A DNA stretch of 63,445 nt, filler included, from Rhabdomonas costata (Eukaryota): NCBI GenBank assembly GCA_019059605.1. It is 56 parts of 56 records of this genome, joined end to end, with 100 filler letters (N's around TTAATTAATTAA, not from the genome) between each part and the next. Parts side by side here need not be neighbours in the genome. Positions count along the whole stretch, not along the records: positions 1 to 1,035 come from JAHMHO010032241.1; positions 1,136 to 2,170 come from JAHMHO010032242.1; positions 2,271 to 3,305 come from JAHMHO010032243.1; positions 3,406 to 4,442 come from JAHMHO010032244.1; positions 4,543 to 5,576 come from JAHMHO010032245.1; positions 5,677 to 6,711 come from JAHMHO010032246.1; positions 6,812 to 7,846 come from JAHMHO010032247.1; positions 7,947 to 8,981 come from JAHMHO010032248.1; 48 more parts are not named here. One strand, 5' to 3'. A model generated the notes under the pieces. That model was not told the DNA's origin, searched no databases, and saw only the letters and a list, made by a program, of their open reading frames with translations. The translations under genes and the position numbers were made by a program. Shown here piece after piece: positions 1-11,251 of this stretch. Position 1 is the first letter of the stretch. Every line of letters begins with the position of its first letter.

Positions 1-36
1 TTTGTTTTTGCGTCATCCTCCCTCGGCGACCCACAG

Positions 37-1035
37 GACGGGAAGCTCGCGGAGCAGGTGGAGGGGGTGAATACCCCCTCGGTGTGCGCCGTGCTGAAGG
101 GGCTCAGCACCGTGAAAACCCCGGCTAGCGACTACCTTACCAACACCGGCTTGTTGGAGCTGTGGGGGGCTCACTTCGACCCCCTGGATTCCGAGGCAGT
201 GAGCGCCATGAACCCCCTGCCCCCCCCTCTCCATTGTTCGGTTTTCGGTTTTAATGATGAAAGGGATCTCTCTCAAAAAAAACACTGGGCTGAGTATTCA
301 CAAAGTAGAGTATGTATGTGACAACGAATATGAAATTATGCGTAGAAATTTGTCAAATGGTGTTGTTATTTTTGATTGGCTCTGTATATAGATCCACTAT
401 AGATCCACAGAAAGAAAACGGTGATTTGCTGGGAGAAGCTTGACACCCACGATTTTGCAATCCGCTTTTGTTGCGACAGGTTGCTTATCTGGGCTCATAT
501 GTCTGTGCGGGGATCGGCTCAAAGAAAAGGGAGGGCGATGCACGTCTATCTTGGGATTGAAGCATTGCTGTGCTGTTTTTGATGCCCATCAGCAAAACCG
601 TCACGAAAAGTCTGTCTCAACCTCGCCGGAATTCTGGCCCTCTCCGTGCTGCCTTTCCGTCTTTCTTATGTCTCTGCCGCCCTCCTCCTGTGTTCCGTTG
701 CATCTACACCCACCCCCCGCATAACATCGACACACGGAGTTGCCCTTTGAGAACCGGCCCGGATGATGATGATGATAATGATGATCTCCATGGCAGAAAA
801 CTTCCCTCCTGTCCCTCGGGTCTCAGGCGCGCATACGTTTGCGTGGCGAAAAAAAGACAAAAGAATTAAACAAACAACTGCTTGGCCCTATGTCTTAATT
901 TCCAAGGGGAGGGGCGGTGCTTCTGGACGGAACTTTTTCTCCAAGGTCCGGTGGGCGGACTTCCAAGGGGCCCTGGCGGCGGCGTGCAAGCTCACCGTGC
1001 CCCTGACAGACGGTGAGCTCTCCGCGTTGCGCAAG
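37..1035 (+). CDS. Two exons (37-198, 946-1035) of an unknown protein, possibly thioredoxin-fold C-terminal strands
   Basis: CAG acceptor, GTGAG donor and AAG acceptor, all in phase 0. DGKLAEQVEGVNTPSV resembles the thioredoxin xGKxVxxVxGANxPxL ending. Confidence 0.35.
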
Positions 1036-1135
1036 NNNNNNNNNNNNNNNNNNNNNNNNNNNNNNNNNNNNNNNNNNNNTTAATTAATTAANNNNNNNNN
1101 NNNNNNNNNNNNNNNNNNNNNNNNNNNNNNNNNNN
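1036..1135. other. Artificial contig spacer (first of 55): N run + TTAATTAATTAA + N run
   Basis: The same 100-nt block recurs about every 1135 nt. TTAATTAATTAA gives stops in all six frames. Confidence 0.99.
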
Positions 1136-3588
1136 GGTTGTTGGGGTCATGACTGAAGTGAGCATGTCACCTGGCTTGGGGACGAATCGGTTAGGTTAGT
1201 TAAGCAGGAGGAAAGGGGTGAAGGATCAAAAATGGACCTCACAGCATCGGGTGAGCTGCAGTCTGAGCTTCAGCCGAAGCACAGAATGGTGCAGCGATTT
1301 TGGCGGGGCCTCGACGTCGACCAGAGCAGGGAGGTTCGGCGGGAGAAAGTACGAAGTGCCCTCCAGCTCCTGTAGAAAAGGAGACCCTTACGAAAGCCAC
1401 TGCACAACAAGCGGGCAGACGATGAGATGATGCGACGATGAGATGAGGCAGGGCGTGCGAAGCCGAAAAGCAAAAGGATGCAGCCTCCTCCCTTCACACC
1501 AATGCTGCGAAGAAAAGCAATAGAGAGTGAAGTCTTTCATGCAACAGACGTCGCAAAGGGCCCGATTCTTTCAGAAGAGGTCACGAGTTCTCACCGCAAA
1601 CCAAGCCCAACGGTTGCCGTAACACCTAGAGAGCATATAAAGACCAAAAGAATTCTCATTCGTTTTGAAATTCCACACTCACGTGCACACTGTATTGATA
1701 ATAAAACGCACACCCGCAAGAACCGCACATACACCCACACTCACAAACTCTGCGCTTGATCGGATGCATGGATGGAAGGGTATCGTAGCGAAACAGAGAG
1801 CAGCTTCACCCCATTCCTGCCAGAATTGCTCAGAAGGCGACCTTCCTCCACCCGACTGAAAAAGCTGGTCCGTCGCCACCAAAGGGGTGCTCAGCCGCAG
1901 CAGCTGCAGAGCCGCACCAGAAGCCCCACCATCGCCCGTGCGTTCAGACCCCTCCTTCTCGGAGGCACCACCCAAACCTGTGGCACTGCCCCGCAGCAAT
2001 GCCTCGCAGTGGTCCGCGATGGCCTGCAGGGCAGGCCTGAGCTGCCGCGTGAATACCAACCCCTCAATCCTCCGAAGCTGCTCCGGAGAAGCCGCGGCCT
2101 GACATCCCAAGGGAAAAAGAAAGCAACCGTGCCCCCTCCCTTCAAACACCATTGCCACCAAAGTTGTCCGNNNNNNNNNNNNNNNNNNNNNNNNNNNNNN
2201 NNNNNNNNNNNNNNTTAATTAATTAANNNNNNNNNNNNNNNNNNNNNNNNNNNNNNNNNNNNNNNNNNNNTTTTGTTTGTGTGTGCGTGTGAAGTGCTTG
2301 TATGCGGTTACTTCCGATTGGCGAGAGGGAAGTGGTGGGCAAAGGGGAAGTTTGCCCGACTCGAGAACACTGGCAGAAGCTGCGGATTTCGGTGCTTCCA
2401 TCGAATCGGCTGTGGATTCCCATCTTAACTCTTACAAACAAAATCCTTCGTCCCAACCCCACCCCAACCCCACCCGAACAAAAATACCTGCGCATATGAA
2501 CTTGGGTGCAGCGTTAAGACTCGTTTGGAGCAATAAAGAAGTTGCAAGAATAAAAATAAAGTGAAGTGTCAAAGAGTCATGCTTAACAATATGGAGCCCC
2601 ACACACACACAAGATTTGAAACCTTCGAAGAAAAAATCGGCCTTAGAGTTTGGCAGCACCAATCCGTTCTTCTGCTCAAGCTGAACTCCTATATCCTATT
2701 GGTGCAGTATTTTTCGCTGAACCTGAGCCTGTATACGTCTCTGCAAGTGAAGTGAGAAAGGTGGGGGTGATTCCCGCGCTTTTCCGCGGCTTCACAGGGG
2801 CGAGAACCCCTCTTACGGTGTGTGCGCCAGAATCGGAAAAGAAACGCCTAAAAATAAGTGGGGAAAAAGACAATGGGGTGCAATAATATCTCTTTCTCTC
2901 GAGGCCGGAAGACTTATTTTCATGACGGCCCATCATCATCTTTCACATCAAGGATCAGCAAACCACCACAAACGATCTAATTGCTTCCACACTTCCGCTT
3001 CCGCTTCCACAGTAAGACTGGATCACATGGGACACAGCTGATCACCGTTCCAAAAATTCGACTTTCGCAAAGAAAAAAAGCAGCCATTCTTGCTTCGCCG
3101 TAAACCGTAGAAATTCCTATCTCAACTGCCTCTTCCGCTCCCCAAGGAGAGAAACAAAAACCAAGCGAAACTTAGAAAGGTCTTAAGGTTATATATACTC
3201 GTATAAGGTTATATATATACTGCTGGCAAAATTCAGTAAAGATTTGAGTTTTCTATCGATTCACTGGATGGCTGCGGAACTATGTTTGCTTGAAACACCC
3301 ACCACNNNNNNNNNNNNNNNNNNNNNNNNNNNNNNNNNNNNNNNNNNNNTTAATTAATTAANNNNNNNNNNNNNNNNNNNNNNNNNNNNNNNNNNNNNNN
3401 NNNNNGGGGGGGGGTAAAAAGTCCGCGTTTCTGTCCCTGGCTGGGGTGTCGCCCGCTGCTGCCATTGTCTCCCTTTTTTCATAACTTCCAGTGCCCCGCT
3501 GTCACGAAACTCTTCAATTCATAGGTGAATGAGAGTGCGGTGTGCAGGTAATGTATCGGGAAGGTTGTGGTGGGAGGTTCTGCCTCAC

Positions 3589-4175
3589 GAAGACCTCGTC
3601 CAAAAGCACGGCCTTGATCTTCAGCTTGTTGAAGGAGCAGATGTATGCTGAGCTCAGAATCGGCTCCTCGGGCTCAGTGCCGCGGAAGATGTACATGCGG
3701 GTCTTCTCCTGTTTTTGGATTGCAGTGCGGCGTTCCGCTCCACAGGCGGTCTGCAAAGGCACTGCTGAACCGCGCGGTGAAACGCATCCCCTTCTGCAAC
3801 CCCCCCTCCTCTCTCTTTGGGTGTGTGGGAACAATGATATTGCAATACCGAACTAGGAACCCCACCTGCCTGTCAAAGCCTCGGCCCTATGAATCTGGAT
3901 GGCCACCGCACAACATACACTCAAAAAAAAGGTTCACATTACACGTCGAACATTCTCAGGAAAAACAAAAAGGACGAGAGGAATCCCGCTCCAGGAGCAA
4001 CAAGCGCTGCCGTACAGCCCAACCTCCCTACGTGTGTCACCCCTGGAGCTTCAACCAGAACCGAAACCAACACCACACCACGAGCACAAGGCATTGCTTT
4101 GGTCGAGGTCTTTGTCTGCCACCAGCGGGCCTTCGAATTCTTTCCGGCTGACTGACCGCTGCTCGGGGGTGGGGA

Positions 4176-4217
<42 letters not shown>

Positions 4218-4441
4218 ATCATTGCGAACAGCTCCTCGTTGTCGGTGGCCCACTGCATGTCCCACACGTCCTTCCGCTCGAAGGCCAGCTTCTCTCCGGG
4301 CTTCGGGGTCAGGCTTCCGCCTTCCCCGTTGGGGGTGGTCTTGTAGAAGGTCAGCACCCCGTTGATGTCAATCACGGAGACCCGGGTCGAGGCGCAGTTC
4401 AGCGAGAGCAGGTACGGCCGGCACGCCACCACAAACCACAA
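3589..4441 (-). CDS. WDR35: IFT-A subunit WDR35/IFT121, two exons (4217-4441, 3589-3708)
   Basis: Spliced peptide [20 protein letters not shown]...[59 protein letters not shown] closely matches WDR35. The intron (3709-4216) is GT-AG, phase 0. Confidence 0.95.
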
Positions 4442-6124
4442 ANNNNNNNNNNNNNNNNNNNNNNNNNNNNNNNNNNNNNNNNNNNNTTAATTAATTAANN
4501 NNNNNNNNNNNNNNNNNNNNNNNNNNNNNNNNNNNNNNNNNNCTACTGGCATCATGTTGGTGTGCACAAGGCCTCGTACATTCCCAAAAAGGAAAACCAC
4601 TCACCCATCAAAGGTGCAGGATCGTGTGCGGTGCAGCCCCGGACTGGTTCTGCTGCGCTCTCCTCCCGCAATCGAGATCCTGGTTTGTTGGAAGCCAGCC
4701 TCGAGAATGAACAGCATCGCAGCACTCAGCACAGACCTCCTTCCGCACAGGTTTCTGCCCGCAGCCCACTCACTTCCGATTGGGCAAAGTGAGGGGAAGG
4801 GTTCTAAACGACATAACGACGCGTAAGGTTTTAGACGCAAAATGCACGGTGTACACGGTCCACCCCGTCCTCTCCTTTGTCCTCTGACCTCTCCCAGTTG
4901 TTGTTGAGGTTGGTTTTTGGTACCATGTAAAGATGTCTCGCTTTTAGATTTTTGTTTGGGTGAATGGTTAATTCTACCTTAGCGGGGGAGGACACCAAAG
5001 GAGACCGCGTGAGATTGTAGTCGCTAAATGTTGGGTCCACCCTCGCCCAGTACTTGAATTTGCCACGTTGTTAAAGAGTGTTTGTTGGTTTCGGGGTTTG
5101 CAACCGTTTTATTTCCCAAACTCCGGACGTCACCAGCCGTTTGCATTGACTTCTGTGCCGAATAGCTTTCTTCCATCCACATTCAAACTGTGGTGGAGAG
5201 GAACTTCTCATACCCTCACGCGCAGATGCATACCTACGCATTGGCATGTTCCCTCAGTTGGTGCTGCGCATATCGTTATAAACCTTTTATTTGATGAACT
5301 AATTATCTTTATTGGACACATAAGAGTAAACCACAGGGAACTGCTGGGCTGGCAACACAAAACCATGAAAACATACCGCCATGTCTGGACACGCCATTAT
5401 TCATGATAATTTGGCCAAAATGAACGGATTGCAAAATGCACACAAGTGTAGAAGCACAGCCCGCATTCTACTACGTTTAGGCATCACTACAGAAAAGGCC
5501 CAAATTTATACCCTCGAAGAAAGCCCAAAATTTTTACCGTCCAGAAAATTTGTTTGTGTTTTTGGCCCCACCCCCCNNNNNNNNNNNNNNNNNNNNNNNN
5601 NNNNNNNNNNNNNNNNNNNNTTAATTAATTAANNNNNNNNNNNNNNNNNNNNNNNNNNNNNNNNNNNNNNNNNNNNGGGGGGGTTGGTAATAAAAGGGCA
5701 GGGCAAACTGTAAGTGAAAAGGGTTTAATAAATACCCTTTTTTCTTTCTTTCTGGCGATGGCAGCTTTGAATGACCAGCTTTGGTTGGTTTTAAAAGTTC
5801 TGGAGGGTTGCAAAAGTTTCACCAATTCCGGCACAGCTCTTTTCTGGCGAGTGGACATGTGCCTGTATTCAATTTTGAGATTTTGAAGAAGGTCGTTCCC
5901 TTTTTGTGATTTTTTTAGCGATATGGCCCACGCAAACACCTGAAGTGAGTGGCAGTGGTAGAAACAAAAAGAAATACAGGTCATAACCGTGCGAAGAACG
6001 TGCGATTCAGAGAGCACCGGTTCAGTTGAGATTTTCGAGCAAAAGGGGTATACTTCCACCAGGACACCACCAGGACACCCAAAACGCCACCTGAACCTTC
6101 TAATTTATTCTCTTGCCATCATTA

Positions 6125-6250
6125 ACTGGGCAGGTTTTTGATACTCACCCCTATCACCCCAAGAGTGTCTGGTGAAATGCCCACCTGGTGGCGACAGATG
6201 GCATTTGGGCAGACACCCTTCCCGTAAAAATTAACAAGGTTCTGCCCAGT
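6125..6250. repeat. Nested imperfect palindrome (MITE-like or hairpin)
   Basis: Outer arms actgggcag/ctgcccagt. Inner arms 6161-6187 and 6195-6220 are imperfect reverse complements. It lies inside the contig, not at an end. Confidence 0.45.
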
Positions 6251-8008
6251 ACCATAAAACCTTGAAAAATGGCCCATGTCATGTCAGAAGTGAAACGTTG
6301 TGAGAGTGAGAGTGAGCGGCTGAAACTGGTTGGAAAACATTAGAAACCAATGACAAGTTGAAGCATACCCAGGCAACGAGGTCTTCGCCGGTATACATTG
6401 CTGATCCGGGCAGGACTCAAGCAATGCTCAACTCGTTTCCTTTGCCTTTTCCCTTTCCTTCAGCCTTCCGCCATGGGAATCTCCGCTCCAGGGAGGACAA
6501 ACCTGCAAACGGCAGAACTTCAATTCCAAAAGGGTTTCTGCAAAAGAAGAGAAATGCTGGTGGGGTGGGGTGGTGGGGTGTCCCCCATAGCCCGACCAAG
6601 GTTCCCGGCATAGGGGTTCCCTATAGCTCTTGATCCAGCCTTTTGGCTGCTTTGGAAAAGAACTCGCCATTGTTTACAAAAAAAACTCGATTACCCCTGT
6701 GAAAACCCAACNNNNNNNNNNNNNNNNNNNNNNNNNNNNNNNNNNNNNNNNNNNNTTAATTAATTAANNNNNNNNNNNNNNNNNNNNNNNNNNNNNNNNN
6801 NNNNNNNNNNNGGTTTGGTGGTGAATAATCGGTTCTTACAAATAGAGAACATTTACAATCCGCACAGTCTGGACTCTGCGGAAGCGTTCTGCGCGCAACG
6901 AAGTTCAGGAGCTGATCAGTATCCTTAAGCTGGCGATGACCTCCCATTTTACCGACGGCATCGATAATCTTGGTTTGAATGGCGTCAAAGCTTCACGGCG
7001 TTTCTGTTGTGTAGATTTGGTTTCCACAAGAGTTCTCAAATCAGAACGTCGGCTTTATCACACGCCGTCTATACTACGAGCCTCTAACGTGCCGTGTATG
7101 GTGGTCGTGGATCTTGTCTCCGCCTCTATCACGAGCTAAGCTCCCGTGTGGAAACACACAGGACGAGGCGGAGTTTATCATTATCACTGCCTGGCTTCAT
7201 CTCTTTGTGAGCTGAGGTCTGTCACTGCGGCGTGGGCTATATCTTTGGTTTCTGGCTTGGGTGTGTGTGGAGTTGGGCTCTTAGGCTCCGCGCTTGATTG
7301 CTCTAGCTGGGGGGGACTTGATCTTGTGCAAAACGGGTGGTTTAGCTGAACTTCTCTTGCCGTAGGTTCTGCTGGATGCTCTTTTCAAAGGGCTAAGTTT
7401 CGATTGTTCTGCTGGGAGATGGTGTCCTGGAGTTCTTGCCTCTATCCAGCCGTCCGCTTACGCCATGACCACACAAAAACCATGCAATCAAGGAGGGAAC
7501 GGCACCAAACCACAGCACAGTGAAGTGAGTAGGTTCAGAGATACACCTTTAGCACTAAATTGTCTCTGCATTGCTTTTAGCCTTACTCCCATGAGCTTTT
7601 CAGCTGTGAACTGTAAAATAGGCAAACATCTTTCTTCTACACTCATGCCCTGACCTTTTATCTTTAACTGGCCAACCATTCCTCTCTCGTATATAGAACA
7701 GTCTCTCCACTCCATTGAAAACCACTCTGAGATTTCTCACTACTGAGAACACCAAAGTGTTCTTTATCTTTTTATGCTCTCAAAGACTCTCCTACGTGTC
7801 CTGAGACGTTACAGGCTGCACGTTGCATCCAATCAATTCCATTTTANNNNNNNNNNNNNNNNNNNNNNNNNNNNNNNNNNNNNNNNNNNNTTAATTAATT
7901 AANNNNNNNNNNNNNNNNNNNNNNNNNNNNNNNNNNNNNNNNNNNNTGGGGGTGAAGCTGATCTACCACGAGGCCAGCTTTGCACAGCGGGCACAAACGC
8001 AAACACAC

Positions 8009-8840
8009 CGTTCTGGCTCAGCACCTCAAAGATGGCCTCGTGGTAGATCAGCTTCACCTCCTCCTTCTCAATCGGGGGCAGAAACATCCCCAGCCCCATC
8101 GCGATCGCCGTGGGGTGGGTCACCCCGAAGCACTGGCAGGCCGTGAAGATGCAGTGGTAGGTCCGCTTCACCCGAGCCTTGAACTTCTGCCTCGCCCCAG
8201 GCTTGAACTTCTTCAGGTCCGAGAAGAAATACTTGCTCAGCTCAGCCCTTGCCGAGGGCCCGGCGTTGAAGTCAATTCCCGCCGCGGAGACAAACAGAAC
8301 GGGGTTATCGGGCTTCTTCACGATCTGGTTGTAGTTCCCCACGAAGAAGTACCCTGGGGAGGCGATGCAGACCTGCGTCGACAACTCCGTCAGGCTCTGC
8401 CGTACTGTGCGCAGCAGCCGTTCATAGGAACCCAAGGTGAACCCGAACTGCTCCCGTCGTGCCCTTCCCTCCTCGGTTTTTTCCATCAGGGACTTGATGA
8501 ACATCCCGAGCTCACACGGGCAGGGCACCGTGGCCAGCCACACCAGGGGCACCGCACGGCGCTGGTAGTAGAACTCCACCAGGCTATCCCGGGAGACGAT
8601 CCCGATGAGGCGGAGGTAGAACGGCGAGGGCAGGTCGGGCCCCGTGAAGAAGCGGGTGCGGGACTCCATCTCCTTGAGCTCGGAGACAGCGATCCGGAAG
8701 ATCTCATTGCCGTAGATCTCTGCCACGGAATTCACCTTGAGGCCCTCCGTCGCCCTATCGCCGTCGTTGTTTTTGCGGTCCTTCCACGAATACAGGAGCT
8801 CGTGGAGGTACTCCTTGGTATGGCGCCGCAAAAACGAGTC
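8009..8840 (-). CDS. Long exon (about 277 codons) of an uncharacterised protein with a macrodomain-like C-terminal motif
   Basis: TTTCAG acceptor, open frame with strongly GC-biased third positions, GTGTGT donor at 8008. Motif LFVSAAGIDF...HCIFTACQCFGVTHPTAIAMGLGMF. Confidence 0.75.
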
Positions 8841-9239
8841 CTGAAAAGAGAACCGTGCAAAAATTCCGTTTGCACGATGTCGCTATGTCGGGGCGCTTAA
8901 CCACATATTTCGAAAAAGTGACGTGCAGCGAGAAGTGATAAAAAGCTTTCACCGAAATATGTGGTTAAGCGCCCCAACACANNNNNNNNNNNNNNNNNNN
9001 NNNNNNNNNNNNNNNNNNNNNNNNNTTAATTAATTAANNNNNNNNNNNNNNNNNNNNNNNNNNNNNNNNNNNNNNNNNNNNTTGTGTGGTTCAGAGATTA
9101 AGACTACCGGGTGGACTGCCAAGTGGAGAAGATGGACCAGGAGCCGGAAGAGCAGAAGTACCCGTGACAGTTGTTCTGATTCAGTGAGTGGAGCACTTTG
9201 TAAACTGCAGGAAAAGGACCCCGAGTTTTCCTCCCTTGG

Positions 9240-10116
9240 TTGGTGGCAGTGGAGGAGCTGAAGGACTTTCGTAGGGTCCCAGATCAAATTGCCATTGTGT
9301 ATGCAACGGGAGCGCCCGGTTCGTTCGCAAGGGGAATTATCGCTCCAGACCAGACTTTCACAGATTGGGCGGATTTTACTAAAACTTTGCGAAAGCGTTT
9401 TTGCACCTCGACGTGGGACTACAATGTGGTTTGGAGGTTGGAGAATTTGCGAATGAAGAACGGTGATTTCCAAGATTATCACCAGAAGTTTGTGACGGGT
9501 TTAGTACTTTTGAATGGTACGAGATTTGACGGTGACGCGCAGCTGCAGTGATTGTTTGTGAGGGGATTGGAGGGGGACATTCAGGCAAAAGTGATGGCGG
9601 ATGATCCGCAATCTTTGGAAGAAGCGATGGAAAAAGCCTGGGATTATTATCGCAAGCCGAGACCCCAGCCCCAAGTGATTGTAGCAGTGCCAGAAGCGTA
9701 GCTGAGAAAGCCCGTCGGAGCTGAGTGAACAGGAATGGAGTTGGATACAATGAGGTATGGTTATACTCCTTTCTCAGGAAGCACGGCTTTTTTGACATCA
9801 GGTAGCAGAGACCAGTCAGCTCCGAAGTTTTCGTACGGCTCAGTGAGAAGCTCAGTGATTCATGGAATTCCAAATCTCTTTTCGGAAATTTCAACAAATG
9901 GACCACAGTTAGCGACGACTGTTCCCGCGCAATCAATGACGTTTACAAACCCTAGGGAGCCGCAGTTCAACGCAGCAAGAACCCCCTCGCCGAATCGAAG
10001 GCCTAGCTTTGGAAGAGTGGAAGGTAGCTTCCAAGGAAGAGGCTTTGCTGGACGTGGTCGAGGGTACGGGTATGCGAGATCACCGTCGGGAAGAGGCGGG
10101 AGGCCTAGAATTCCGA
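9240..10116 (+). mobile_element. Decayed Ty3/Gypsy-type LTR retrotransposon gag
   Basis: WADFTKTLRKRF...LENLRMKNGDFQDYHQKF...*LFVRGLEGDIQAKVMADDPQSLEEAMEKA...MELD followed by an RG-rich tail. This is the retrotransposon capsid pattern, with in-frame stops. Confidence 0.85.
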
Positions 10117-10246
10117 NNNNNNNNNNNNNNNNNNNNNNNNNNNNNNNNNNNNNNNNNNNNTTAATTAATTAANNNNNNNNNNNNNNNNNNNNNNNNNNNN
10201 NNNNNNNNNNNNNNNNGTTGGGGTGTAAGGACTTCCGGCCTCTCTC

Positions 10247-11251
10247 GTGAAAAAGCTTGTGGATCTGGAGCCCGAGGTGGTTGATATCATGGACGAGCTT
10301 CTGGGGATGGAGGCCATGAATCTGGAGAAGCTGAAGAAGTTCCTAAGCCTGAATGCGGCCGCGCATCACAAGATTAAGTGCGTCCTGTTCAATGACATGA
10401 ATCTCCTGCAGGAGTTTTTGGAGCATGAGCTGCCGATCTTGGAGGCCATCCTCGACCTGCACTTGGAGAACATGGACATCATGCTAGGCCTTGCACTCAA
10501 GGAGCTTCCCCAGTGTGTGGGGAAACTGGAGAAGCTCGTGCCTGAACATCTGAGTGTCTTGGACACCCTTTTGGGGGAGTCCATTGATCGAGAGAAGCTG
10601 CAGAAGTTCCTCAGATTGGACCCTGTGTCCCTGGAGTCTCTTCGCCGTGCAACCCCTGGGGTTCAAATGGAGATTCTGGAGCTGGACCAGCATGCCCTGT
10701 CCAGAGTTCTGCAGTATGGCCCGAAACACGTGGAGCTGCTGTTGAAGTTGGAAGCATTACCTGGCGACTACGCGGAAAGGCTGGAGAAACTTCGTGTGGC
10801 GTTGAGCTTGGAGCACACCTACGTCCTCCTCGAAATGCTGCTGGAGCTGGGCATCGAGAACGCGCTGAAGCTGATGAAGGTGCCCACGGAGGCGCAGATG
10901 AAGCTCCTGGGTGTACCCGGAGCTGAAGTCAGGCAGAAGCTGCTTGACCTTGAGCCACCCCACCTGAGGAGGCTGCTAAACTTGGACCTCAACCTCAGAA
11001 GTTTGGAGAGACTTTTTGACGATTGTCTGGAGCTTGCTGTCGATCCCTGCCTGGGTACCCTGGAGCAGCTCTCCCGGGAGGAAAGGGCAACCATAGACAT
11101 TCTTTTGACCCTCGGTGTCAACCCAGAAAACCTCGAAAACCTGTTGAGTCTGGACCAAGAGATGTTGCTGAAGTTGCTGGCCGTCCTAAAATCGAACCCG
11201 GAAGAAAACCTCACCACGTCGTGTTCACTCCTCGACCTTCAACAAAAAACA
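10247..11251 (+). CDS. Leu/Glu-rich helical-repeat protein (partial, no intron in this fragment)
   Basis: More than 330 open codons with strong CTG/GAG/AAG codon bias. Internal repeats LEKLKKFLSL, REKLQKFLRL and PENLENLLSL. Confidence 0.75.

Noticed and set aside
1036-1135. Regularly spaced TTAATTAATTAA resembling a repeat array or CRISPR
   Set aside because: It is a synthetic linker flanked by Ns, and the intervening pieces are independent contigs.
7947-8058. 26-bp perfect inverted repeat at the contig start
   Set aside because: It copies exon sequence, begins at a short imperfect self-priming match and ends in a G/T tail. This fits an amplification fold-back chimera, not a transposon end.
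8886-8981. MITE-like inverted repeat at the contig end
   Set aside because: Same fold-back pattern, ending in the primer-like ccccaacaca.
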